Source: Callorhinchus milii | Taxonomy: Eukaryota | Assembly (NCBI RefSeq): GCF_018977255.1 | Contig: NW_024704752.1 | Coordinates: forward strand, 13,020,001 to 13,084,000 | DNA: 64,000 nucleotides | Direction: 5' to 3' | In this document: in pieces, positions 33,827 through 45,680 of the stretch | Numbering within the stretch: position 1 is the first letter of the stretch | Layout: each line of letters opens with the position of its first letter | Translations under genes and position numbers: made by a program | The notes under the pieces: generated by a model | Database searches by the model: none | The model's input: only the letters and a program-made list of their open reading frames with translations | Told to the model about the DNA's origin: nothing

Positions 33827-34324
33827 ACATAACCCAACTCAAAAGTCAACCTTGGAATACAAATCACATCAACAGTAAGAACAACATCACATTTGCAAAG
33901 CCCCTTTCAGGTGGGGAGGACTTCCCAAGGTCAAGAGCAATTCTTGAGCCAATTTCCAATCATGAAAAAAAAACAGAAGTGAAAATAAAATGACTGACTG
34001 CTTGATGAGTTAATTCTACCTCTGGCTATTATTTCACAGAGTTTCGACTAACATCTTGATTTCAGACGGCTGAGCACTATTCATAAATCAGCCATAGGGG
34101 GGACTTTGCGGTCTCACCGTTTGTGAGCTGACATTTCAAAAAAAAACACACATTGGCTCAGAAGGGGCTGTAAAACGATTGCAAAACAGTTTCAGGAAGA
34201 GTGAGAGTTAATCAGATGTGTGGGCGTCTTCCCTCAAAAACAAAGCACAGAATGCTAAATAAGGACAATAATAAATAGATTTTATTCTTGCATTGCTGAT
34301 TGCATTCTGGCTATTATATATCAC

Positions 34325-34346
34325 ATCGTATGTGTGTTTGTGTGCA

Positions 34347-34401
<55 letters not shown>

Positions 34402-34810
34402 TTGTGCATAAACCACAGCAGATCTGACAGTGTCTGAAGGAAGTTTAACATTGCAGAATGGGATCGTTCATCATCGGAGTGCAGGAGTCACAGCTCCAAA
34501 GGTTAAACTCTTTCAGATGCTGATTAATCAATTTCCATAATAATAATAATATTATTATTAATAATCAATTGCCAGCATTTCCTGTATATATTTCAGCAAT
34601 TCACGTTTTTATTTGTCACATTTCTGTGTGTGTCTGTGTGTGTGACGTACAGTAGGTGTGTCTGTGTGTGTGTGTACAGTACGTGTGTCTCTGTGTGTGT
34701 GTGTACAGTACGTGTGTCTGTGTGTGCACAGTGTGTGTGTGTGTACAGTACGTGTGTCTCTGTCTGTCTGTGTGTGTGTGTGTGCACAGTGTGTGTGTAT
34801 GTGTATTTAT
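34325..34810. repeat. (TG)n and compound TG/tacagtacg microsatellites upstream of BOK
   Basis: Directly visible. Confidence 0.85.
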
Positions 34811-34994
34811 TTACTGGGCAGCAAACGGTTGCGTTCAGTCGTGTAACTGTACCAGATATTTGCAGAGGAACTAAAGCAGAAGCTGAGGATAAGACGGTTA
34901 AAATGCTTCAAATGTTAACTGCAAATGCAAATTCTCTCACCTGAACAGCAAACCCAACACTCATTTGGGAGCATCGAGAACCACCAGAGAGGGG

Positions 34995-35025
<31 letters not shown>

Positions 35026-36797
35026 TTAAAGAGAGTTGGTGTGTGTTGTGTGTGTGTTTGGACCAGTGGAGGTGTCAGAGAGGGCGCAGTGCGACTTTAC
35101 GCAGCGCTGTGTGTTGAGAAACAAGACTTTTGGAGTCAATTTCAGTGTCTGGGAAGTGAGTGAGTGAGTGAGTGAGTGAGTGTTTTCTCTGCCTCCAGAC
35201 AGGGGTTGTCCTGCCCCCTTCCTTCCCTTACATGGATTGCTGGTGAATGCTATTGGCGAGGCTCAGGCATTTTAATAAGAAACACATGGGAGACCCCCAA
35301 AAAAAAATCACCATAAAAGGGACCAAAGAGAAGAGGAAGAACGAGAGAGTGAGTGAGTGTGAGAGAGAGAGAGAGAGAGAGAGTACTGAGAGCACTGAGA
35401 GCACAACACTAATTTAATTTGGGAGCGATCGCCAACACNNNNNNNNNNNNNNNNNNNNNNNNNNNNNNNNNNNNNNNNNNNNNNNNNNNNNNNNNNNNNN
35501 NNNNNNNNNNNNNNNNNNNNNNNNNNNNNNNNNNNNNNNNNNNNNNNNNNNNNNNNNNNNNNNNNNNNNNNNNNNNNNNNNNNNNNNNNNNNNNNNNNNN
35601 NNNNNNNNNNNNNNNNNNNNNNNNNNNNNNNNNNNNNNNNNNNNNNNNNNNNNNNNNNNNNNNNNNNNNNNNNNNNNNNNNNNNNNNNNNNNNNNNNNNN
35701 NNNNNNNNNNTCAGAGCAACGCAGGGAATTGCATTGCAAAAGGGGATCTCAGAGGGACAGAGATCCCACGATCTGTGGCTTTGGGGTTTGGTTGGAGTTG
35801 GGGCTGTGATCCGCTCCGGAGGGTTTCCTGCAAAATCCACTCTGACACATCCCAAAGCATCGCCGATCCTCTGACTCGGAGCCACTCATCACCACTCTCC
35901 GCAGATGTGAGATTATTTCTGGGTGTCATTTTCTTCNNNNNNNNNNNNNNNNNNNNNNNNNNNNNNNNNNNNNNNNNNNNNNNNNNNNNNNNNNNNNNNN
36001 NNNNNNNNNNNNNNNNNNNNNNNNNNNNNNNNNNNNNNNNNNNNNNNNNNNNNNNNNNNNNNNNNNNNNNNNNNNNNNNNNNNNNNNNNNNNNNNNNNNN
36101 NNNNNNNNNNNNNNNNNNNNNNNNNNNNNNNNNNNNNNNNNNNNNNNNNNNNNNNNNNNNNNNNNNNNNNNNNNNNNNNNNNNNNNNNNNNNNNNNNNNN
36201 NNNNNNNNNNNNNNNNNNNNNNNNNNTGAGTGTGAGTGAGTGAGTGAGTGTGTGAGTGTGAGTGAGTGTGTGAGTGAGTGAGTGTGTGAGTGTGTGTGTG
36301 AGTGTGAGTGAGTGTGTGAGTGCTGGAAAACATTTGAGCACCGAGTCTCAGTCACTGACTTGCACACAGTGACTGTGGGATAATAATTGCCAATGAACCT
36401 GGAGGTTTTTTTCTTGTGCTTCACTATAGTTGGGCGGGGGTGGGTGTTTATCTTAAATTAAAGTGTTTATTTCCTCTCATTGTGTGTGTGTGTGTGTGTG
36501 AGAAAGAAAATATGTGTGTGTGAGAGAGAGTGTGTGTGTCTATGTGTGTGTATATATATATATATAAGGCAATGCATTCCTTGCTCCTTTGACTGGAAAA
36601 CTTCCAGATTGTATGTTTAGCAACTGTTATCTCACAGACAATTTTTTAAAAAAAAATTAAAAACAACCTAAGTGATAGATAGGCCAAGGTTCATAGTCTA
36701 CGATACAGTCAAGGCTGAAAAAGGTTAGCAGAGAAATCAGACGTGTCTATAAAAATGCAGAGACATTTGTTAGTTCATCATAGAGAGAAAGACGGGA

Positions 36798-37012
36798 AAT
36801 AATAATAATAATAATAATCCTTGCATTTGATATAGCGCTTTTCACGTCTTCTAGACGTCCCAAAGCGCTTCACAGAACACACTGTAAAGTGAATTGACTA
36901 TATATTTGTGGGCGAACGCGGCAGCCAATTGCGCACAACAACGTCCCACAAACAGTCATATGGATTGAAAATGACCAATTTATTATTGTTTTGTTTTTGG
37001 AGGGATTATTAT
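36798..37012 (-). mobile_element. SINE, 5'-truncated (other partial copies near 2160, 15140, 19240, 24780, 29500, 40680, 43455, 44425, 47805, 48776, 53282, 54010, 57030, 58524, 61715)
   Basis: aataataatccttgcatttgatatagcgcttttcacgtc...gggcgaacgcggcagccaattgcgcac. Confidence 0.88.
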
Positions 37013-37967
37013 TAAATGGGCGAGAGTTTCACGAACGTAAGGCTCTGGCAAAGAACAAGTGAGTTGAGAGGATCAAGTGAATGGGGGAGTTTAAATTCCA
37101 ACAGTTAGGATGCAAGGAAAAAAGAGAGAGAGAGGGAGAGAAGAGTGAGCATTTAATGATGCATTTGGGAGGAACAAAGGAACTTAGTTTGGAGGAACAA
37201 CGATTATTGTGGTACTGTATTAAAAAAAGACCTTGAAGATATTGTGTGGGCAAATGAGAGAGCGAGAGAGGGTACAGTAGAGACGCAAAAGGGAAAGATG
37301 TATCAGAGGACAATATTCTTCTACTTCTGTCCCACATTGTAAGAGAGGGGCTGGAAGACTTACCCCCAGTATTTGAGAGGAATGTTCACTTGTACTTAGA
37401 GAGAGCTAAAAGTCACCGAAGGAGAAAATAAATGCTGGTCATGAAAGAGGATTACTTTTTGGAGGTCATTTTTTCCAGGAGATTGGAGAATTTCATTTGT
37501 TACGAGGGGAGATAATGACGTCTAGAATGTGAATAGATTGCAGTTAAAGAATGGAGTTATCAAGGACAAGAAGCGATAGCTCTGGCTTGAACATAACTGT
37601 TTAAATACTGTAATGTGTCAATTTATTCAGAATTGCGTGGTATCAGACATCTGGTCAATGACTTTGGAGATATCCAATCAATGACACATGAGTTATAAGT
37701 GCCCAGGGGTAGAGGTTGCAGAGGTAGGTAACAGCTGGCAAGAAAATTACTAGTGGAGTTTACTGATGATCATAGATTAGAGCATATTTTTAAGATGATT
37801 GATGATTTGAGTGTTGGCAGCAGTTGCTATCATGTTAGAAATATAGATCTGAAGGTAAAAAGAGCCAGAGTCTGCGGGGTAAGAGGTAACAGGGATTCCC
37901 ATTTTCGGGGAAAGATGAAAGCTGATGTTACAAGGAGAAGCAGGGATATGCTGGCAACATAAAAGGT

Positions 37968-38286
37968 GGAGTGCTGTAGCTCAGTGGTTAGAGCACTCGC
38001 ATTGCAAGTGAGAGACCTGAGTTCAATTCCAGGCAGAGGGCGAAACCTTGGGCAAGTTTCCTTACTCCACACACCTAATAATAATCCCTCCAAAACCAAA
38101 ACCAATAATAAATTGATCATTTTCAATCCACGACTGTTTGTGGGACATTGCTGTGCGCAATTGGCTGCCGCGTTCGCCCACAAATATATACAGTCAATTC
38201 ACTTTACATTATATTCTGTGAAGCGCTTTGGGACAACGAGAAGACGTGAAAAAGCGCAATATCAAATGCAAGGATTATTATTATTA
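37968..38286 (+). mobile_element. Full-length tRNA-derived SINE
   Basis: ggagtgctgtagctcagtggttagagc, B box gttcaattcc, Deu body, tail atcaaatgcaaggattattatt. Confidence 0.9.
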
Positions 38287-39336
38287 TATATTATAAGGTG
38301 GTGACAGATTCACCCAGGTTTTTTAACATAAACTCTTTACGCAATTATTGCACCAAACAAGCTGTGACTTGTTTGCTGTGGGTGGTTTGTTGGAATATAA
38401 CATGCAAGATGCAGATATGAGACAGTGAGCCATAGAATCCAGAAGTGAGGAAGGAAACAGATACAGTTTAGGAGGCACAATCATATCTCAATGCTGTATC
38501 TGATTTATTTCACTTTCCACATGAAGAAGGGGTTTCATTACAATTATAATGTTGACATCGTGTAAAAAAAAGAAACAGCTGTTATTCCAGTTTTGTTTGT
38601 AATGTGTTTGTTGGGATGACGATTTATTTTTACACTTGCTGAATTTTTCTCCCAGTTTCCTGATTTTGTTTTGCTACTTTGCTTTTCCGATTAACTCCCC
38701 CCTCCCCTATTCTCCCCCGCCTCCTCTTCCCTGGAGAAACTGACTCATTCTGGCTGCTTGCATATTCCTGGTTGCCCTCAAGCATCTGATCTAAATCGTC
38801 ATTCTTCATGCGTGAGTCACTACAGTCATTAAGGACAGAACAAAGACACCTCAACAATATCTCATCAATATGCCATCAATATTCCCATCAAATCCACTCC
38901 TGCTTCATCCCATATCCACAAACATAAGTTTTCCATCAGCAATCACTGGAGAGGGACAGGGAGTCTAAATCCTGGCTGAATTCTGAAATTAACATAGAAC
39001 AGGATTCAAACCTAGGAACATGAGGAGATGTTGCTGGTGCGAAACTGGTTATTTTCACATTTTACAAGTTCATTGTTTTTCCTCCAGTACATTTACTGCA
39101 GCATTTTTTTTTTTAGTAAATTGCTGACATATTCCGTCTGTTTGTTCTAGTTTTCATGCTAATTTGGTGCATTTTAACAGTTGCTGGCCTACCATTGATG
39201 TTTTTAGGTTGTTACATTTTGTTTTCCCCCAAAGTATATTTGTTGCATGTCTGATCTTGCAGGTTTAATGCTGAGTATCTTTGGTGTACCTGTCACAGGT
39301 TTGATCATTTTGATCTCTCATTTACTATCTTCTCAG

Positions 39337-39559
39337 ATGGACATGTTACGGCGCTCCTCGGTCTTTGCTGCTGAGGTGATGGAGGTGTTTGAACGTTCTC
39401 CCCCTGACAAGGAGCTTGTTTCTCAGGCTAAAGCCCTCTGTCGGGATTACATCCACTCCCGGCTGATCCGAGCAGGCATAGTCTGGAGCAAACCTGAGTG
39501 TGCAGCAGCCAGCCCAGCCAGCAAACTCACTGAGGTGTCAGCTGCACTCCTCCGCCTGG
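39337..39559 (+). CDS. BOK: Bcl-2-related ovarian killer, coding exon 1; CDS join(39337..39559,40796..40924,43235..43398,45555..45680), 213 aa
   Basis: tctcag|ATG...G|gtgagt. MDMLRRSSVFAAEVMEVFERSPPDKELVSQAKALCRDYIHSRLIRAG...LLRLG; BH4, the RRSS site and Leu34 are conserved. Confidence 0.96.
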
Positions 39560-40795
39560 GTGAGTCAAACAGCTGCAAGGATACAGAATCATGGAATCCT
39601 ACAGAACAGAAGGATACAGAGAAGTTAAAAGCGGGGGCGTTAGGAAGAGGGGGAGAGCGAGCAGAGGGTTAGAGAAAAGAAAGTGGGGGGATGGACAGAA
39701 ACAGAGCGAGTGCAAACAGCGGTGAGAAAGGGGAGAGGAAAAGAGATTGAAAATAATTCAGAGAGAGATAGAGATGCAAATGAACAGAAGAAAAAGCAAA
39801 TGTGTTTGCTTCGTTCTATTCTTATTGGGCAAGGCAGTGTCCCACAAACCGTCGTGGACTGAGTGACCAAATTCTTCTTCTTATATTGTTATCTGTTTGT
39901 TTTTCTCCTGTACTTTTCACGGTATGTCTCTTTTAGATCATCGCTGCTTAATGATGATCACAAATGATTACTTTAAACATATATGATCCAATAATTCCTC
40001 CATAATCTTTCCCCCGTCTGAACCTCAGACTGTGAACCCACTCATTTTTGGATTTCCAAAGAATATTCTCTAATAACTGACCTAAATATAACAGTTTCCA
40101 CACCACAAAGCCCAGAGGCATTGATTGAGGTTTTAGGCTGAATCCAGTTTGTACTTAAATATTGGCAGATTATACAATACAGTTGTATTGTTCATGATTT
40201 TGATATGTATAATATGTATTAATTCTACAAAGTTAAGTATAGATGCTGGTTATTTAATATCACCTGGCTTTTGATTTCATGTCTTCATATTGTGAGGACT
40301 GCAGAACATTACAGCTGGATTATAAATCAGGGAATCTGTCCAAATGCAGTCTTTTGGGCCAAATCTGGAAATTCTCAGGAATGTGAATGTTTATTTTGCA
40401 ATACCCAGCCAGCTGCCTTCGTAAGTTGAAATCTCAAGAGAGACAAGAGGAAGAGAGAGAGACAGAGGAAAAGAGAGCAAGTAATTCTACAAGTAGAGTT
40501 CACTGCTCTTAAGAGAAAGCCTGTGGAAGTTCTTAAATTATTCATCTTTTATTTGCATATCAATAGATCATAGAATCATAGAATTATACAGCACAGAAAG
40601 AGTCCATTCGACCCATCGTGTCTGTGCACGCTCTTTTAAATGAGCGAGAAACTCATTGTTCTTGTTGACTGTTTGAAGTTTCATTGAGATGCCTTGATGA
40701 CGTGAAAAGGCGCTATATCAAATGCAAGGATTACTATTATTCATAAAGAACAATATAGAAAAGCTGTAGCTCTGATTTCCTTTCTCCCTCCTAAG

Positions 40796-40924
40796 GTGAT
40801 GAATTAGAGTACATCAGGCCGAACATGTACAGGAATGTCGCCAAACAGTTGAATATCACCGTCAGTTCCGAAAGCATCGTATCGGATGCATTTCTCGCTG
40901 TGGCCACTGAGATCTTCTCTGCAG
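40796..40924 (+). CDS. BOK: BOK coding exon 2 (end of BH3)
   Basis: cctaag|GT...G|gtaaaa. DELEYIRPNMYRNVAKQLNITVSSESIVSDAFLAVATEIFSA. Confidence 0.95.
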
Positions 40925-43234
40925 GTAAAACTCAGGTGAAAGTGTGAGTCACTTGGGAGGGCTCCTGTTTCTTCCCAGTGTTCAGGTAAATTCACTGCAT
41001 GGATTGAGCCCATAAAACCTTGTGGTTTTATATTGTGTCAAAGAATGCTTGTAATAATAAAACAGGCATTAGTGTTAAATGATGCTATCCACACTCACGC
41101 AGGTTTATCATCACTAATACAGGTTTATGCCAAACCTTTAACATTGCTGTTGAGGTGGAGGTAATGTATAGGAAATATTGCATTTGATTTCTTGATAAAT
41201 GAAACTTGATAGATTGCATACACTCAACTCTGAAGTGTGTACCTGGATTGGTTTATAAACAGTAGAGAACATAATCCACAGTGAGAGGTGCGTACTGTGC
41301 GGGTAGAGCTTTGAAAGGTCAATGTGTCGCAAGACTTGCCAGACCTGCAAATGTCTTACTCTCTTTTAAGGATTTATAGTTTAGGAAGGAGACAGGCGTT
41401 AGCTGTCAAGATAGCTTCGGCTATGGAGATTCTGTTAAATGGCTATAAACACAAAATGAATTGCAGTGTGAAATATGAACTTTTTCAGAGACTTGTTGTG
41501 ATGATCAATATTTTACTCAAAAATTGTCACCTTATCAGTCTCAAACCTGGGGTGAAACGCATGCGTAAGCACTCAAACCACATGTTTCTATTCCTGGAAA
41601 GGTTTATCTCAGCAAAAAATAAAATACTGGAAAGTGTGTTATAAAACGGGCTTTTTCAGGGAAAAAAAGAAAAAGAACTTACATTTTACAGCAACGTTTC
41701 ACATTTAAATGTCTAAAAATGCTTCACAGGTAATTACTGTTAGTGACTGTTATTTGCACTAGCAGGGTCCCAGAGATAAGCAGGAGGTGAATGAACAATT
41801 AATCCGGAATAAGCATGGATGAGGTGGTTCAACATGTTACCTATTCATGCAGTATCTTGTAGATGAATGAAAACATGTTTTGACTGCGAAATAGCTTCCT
41901 GTTGCTTCAGATGATGCTACTGTAAAGAACAAGTTCAGTTTGGCTACATTTCTAGCACCTCACATAAACGGAGGCTAAGGCACTGAATATCTTTGAGTTC
42001 AATTTCAGTGTTGTGTTCAGATGCCTTACTCTGTTCTAAAGTTTGATTGTTCGCTGTTCAGATACCTTTCCAGCTCCATAGGATAAAGATTCCTAACAAG
42101 TGCAGTTGTCTATAGATGCTGGGCTAACTCTACAGAGACTGATGAAAAAACAAGTTAGTCATCTTCAGCCATTTTTGGATATATTTGTCTCCGTACTGCC
42201 GTAGAGAGAATGCTGGGAAAAGCGTGTGCGCCTGTCCTTCAGAAGTGAAACATCATGTGCACAGGGTTAGCATCTTTACGGCGTCTATTTCAGAAACTAT
42301 ACTAACCTCAGTGATGTGAATGAATTGGATCTGAAAATCAGATTAAATTCTAGACTGTTACTGAAATAGCTGTCACTCAAATAATGCCTGTTCATTACCC
42401 TCTCATCCGAAAAAATAAGTTAGAAGTGTAGATGAGGTATCTCACAGGAACTGAAGCAAAATGTTTTGAGTGAAAATCCTCCTTATTTGGTGCTTTCAAA
42501 CCACATCCTGATGTGGTTATTTAATCGAACAGGATAGGAAACTCTTCATCATAACCCCAGCAGCTTCACAAAAGGCCATCAGTGAAAGACAGTTCCTTTG
42601 CTGTTCCTCAGATATTTTACCTAAATAGTAATGTAACTTGTTATAATGATTCTCATTAGGGTTTTATAACATAATCCAGCTTTGCTGCAGTGGTGACATT
42701 TAAGTCACCAAATAATAATAGTCATCTCTTCCAGTTCTGTTTATTGAAAAGGGAAGTAGAATATATTTTACAGAATGAATCCACAATCGTAAATTAAAAA
42801 GTGATATGTCTATATACCGACTAGGTGTATCTCGGTTACTTACTGTTTTTCTATTTTATTCTTTAGGACGACTGGTTAGAGATAGTCTGAAAATATGTTT
42901 TAAATACAGCTCCTGCTCCTGTCCCATGATAGCATTCCTCATTTACAATACTATTGAAACACAATTTGATGACATTATGGTTAGCACAAAACAGGCAACA
43001 ACTGTGACCTGAACGATGCTGATAGGTGCACAGAGATAGCACCGTGACATTCAGTATTAGAGGACAATTCAGTAAAGGAAAAAAACACTTTTTTTTATGA
43101 CAGCTTAGCATGCTGAAAAACTTTACGTCCCCTTAAAATCTTACTGCTACAGGAAAAATAAACCCAGACTAAACCTTCAACAAACAAAGTTCCCCTGATT
43201 CTGTGTTGAGTGCGGTTCTGTGTTTGCTACACAG

Positions 43235-43398
43235 GTATAACTTGGGGGAAGGTGGTAGCCTTGTATGCTGTTGCCGGTGGACTTGCCATTGACTGTGTGA
43301 AACAAGGGCAACCTGCCATGGTGCACACAATAGTTGACTGCCTGGGAGAATTTGTGCGGAAGACACTGGTGACTTGGCTCCGGAGACGGGGAGGATGG
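43235..43398 (+). CDS. BOK: BOK coding exon 3 (BH1/BH2)
   Basis: acacag|GT...TGG|gtatgt. ITWGKVVALYAVAGGLAIDCVKQGQPAMVHTIVDCLGEFVRKTLVTWLRRRGGW with the BOK-specific TWGK. Confidence 0.96.
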
Positions 43399-44699
43399 GT
43401 ATGTGGAAGCCTATTTAACTACTTTCAGTATTTAGAAGGGAATTATAAAGTAATAACAATAATCCTTGCATTTGATATGGCATCTTTTACATTGGGAGGA
43501 CGTCTCAAAGCACTCGACTGCAAAGCGTAATGACTGTATTTTTGAAGGTCCAACAGTCTTTAGAGTTATTATTTTAATTCGACACCTGTAAAAGATATTT
43601 AGGAGCCCTCAAATATCTGATTCCCATTGTGCAACATTAACATGTTGCAATTTTCTAACTGGTTTTCACAATAAGGAATTCATTGGGTAAGGATGTCACA
43701 CTGACCCACGGGCACTTTGCTCCAAAAATAGATTGTGTCAGAGCATAAATTGCTTTATTACAGAATCCATATATTATACCCAATTGGGGTGATGTTAAGA
43801 AATCTTTGGTTTATGGCGATGATATTAAATACACCGCATATCCAGACTTTTAGCTGTCCCAAGTTCCATTATATTTTAATAGACCGGGTTGGTCTTCATC
43901 TTCCTCAGTCCTATCTCTTGTGAGATTTTTTTTATGACTATAACAACAGCAATTGATAACTTTACATGATATGTGATTACTGCTTTTTGGCAACTTGATA
44001 TTAGGGAATGGTAAGGCAACAAAAGAACAAAATATGAGAAATTTGCCAACTTCCTTAATAAAATCACACACAAAGACAAGATCTCCCACATATGCGTGGG
44101 ATATAATTTGCCTTCCCAGAAGAATTGCTTTATGCTCCTCCTGTTCCTCCGGTTCTTCAGCAAACAATCTGCTCTTTTTTTCATCAACACTCACTGAGAG
44201 CAGCAAAACAATCTGGAGTTCAGAGGGTTTTTATTTTTTATACAAGTGTGAAGATACTTTAATAAAGGAACATTTTTTTCCATTTTACAACTTAAACTGT
44301 CCCCAAAAGAATATGTATCTATGAAATAATTACTGCACTTCGTATTGCAAACATTTGTACAGCTTCAATGCTTACCATAGTTTGTAAGTTTACTTATATT
44401 TGTTGCCATTTGTATTTCTTTGTTTGCTTACAAAATACACAATGATTACACTTTACATTATATCTTTCCTGTGAAGAGATTTGGGATGTCCTCCCAACAT
44501 GAAAGGTGCTCTATGAAATGTAAGGATTTTTTTGATGTGTCACACTTATGCAAATCTATACAATACCAGCTTGTACCTTCTAACTCAGTGGTCAGAGTAT
44601 AATGAATTGAGCCAACCTCACACAAGTATAAATTTATTGATATGTTCTATGAATCGTGAACCACTGGCCATCTCAATTATGAGTGATTCACTTTTCAGA

Positions 44700-45330
44700 A
44701 CACTTTTTTAGTCTAATATTACATTCAGGTGTTGATTAGTTTGTTGAAATTCTGTAGCAATCAGCTATTGGTTCATCCACATTGAAATTTCTATGATTTT
44801 AGTTATGTGCGTTCCAGTCCTTCTCAGTTTATTGTGCTTTAGTGTATCATTAATATCAGCTAATTTACATTTCTGATGCAGTTTGTATTTATCATGTGTT
44901 GTAGTTCCTCTTGGTCTATTTACCATTTTAAGTTGTGTTAGTTCATTGAAGTGTGTGACAAGTCAGTTATAGTTTGCTGATACTTCAAAGTTTAGAGTCT
45001 TTCATTGCTATTTTTGTTATGATTTACATTCAATATTGACTGAGTTTACAATTCATATCAGTGTTTTACCATTTCTGTTACAGTTTGTATTAGTTCATTG
45101 ATGTGTGAGTTACAGTTTGTACAGTATGTTTTGATCTGCGTCATAGTTTTCTTTAGCTTAGTAATGTGTGCACTGCAGTTTATAAATTTACTGATATATC
45201 TTTACATCTGTACTAGCTTGTTGGTGTACATTGTTTAGCTTACAGAAGTGCATTCTATATTTGTTGATGTGCTTTACTGTTTGTATCAGTATATTGACAT
45301 ACAGGTTACAGAGTGTTTCCGATTTAAATG
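44700..45330. repeat. Highly degenerate tandem repeat of about 31-32 bp in BOK intron 3
   Basis: Recurring variants of ttacagtttgtattagttcattgatgtgtg. Confidence 0.55.
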
Positions 45331-45554
45331 ATACACATTTAAAAAAGACAACTCTACAAGAAAGCAGAAACTTGCAGGGTAGAGAATTAACGTTACTTCA
45401 CAGCTAACGGTATAGAGGGATCAGCTGCTTTAGAAAGCAGAATAAAGAATCAATAAATGTAAAGGAGTTCAGCTGTTTGCTGAGAAACTTGACCTGGAGG
45501 CCGACTGTGTAGAAAAATGTGAATGTTTTTAACAATTTTCAACTCTAACCCTAG

Positions 45555-45680
45555 GCTGACATTACAAAATCCGTGGTGAACAACGATCCTAGCATTCGTG
45601 ATCACTGGCTCGTCTCTGCCGTCTGCACGTTTGGACACTTTGTGAAAGCGGTCTTCTTCTTTCTGCTGCGAGAACGGTGA
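45555..45680 (+). CDS. BOK: BOK last coding exon (C-terminal tail anchor)
   Basis: ccctag|GCT. ADITKSVVNNDPSIRDHWLVSAVCTFGHFVKAVFFFLLRER*. Confidence 0.94.
   Translation, partial: ADITKSVVNNDPSIRDHWLVSAVCTFGHFVKAVFFFLLRER

Noticed and set aside
34981-35000. CTCF-like ccaccagagagggggcag near the presumed BOK promoter
   Set aside because: The 3' half fits but spacing in the 5' half is off; not supportable without a PWM score.
37020-37960. Purine-rich stretch that may be an old LINE endonuclease region
   Set aside because: Too degenerate to find diagnostic motifs by eye.
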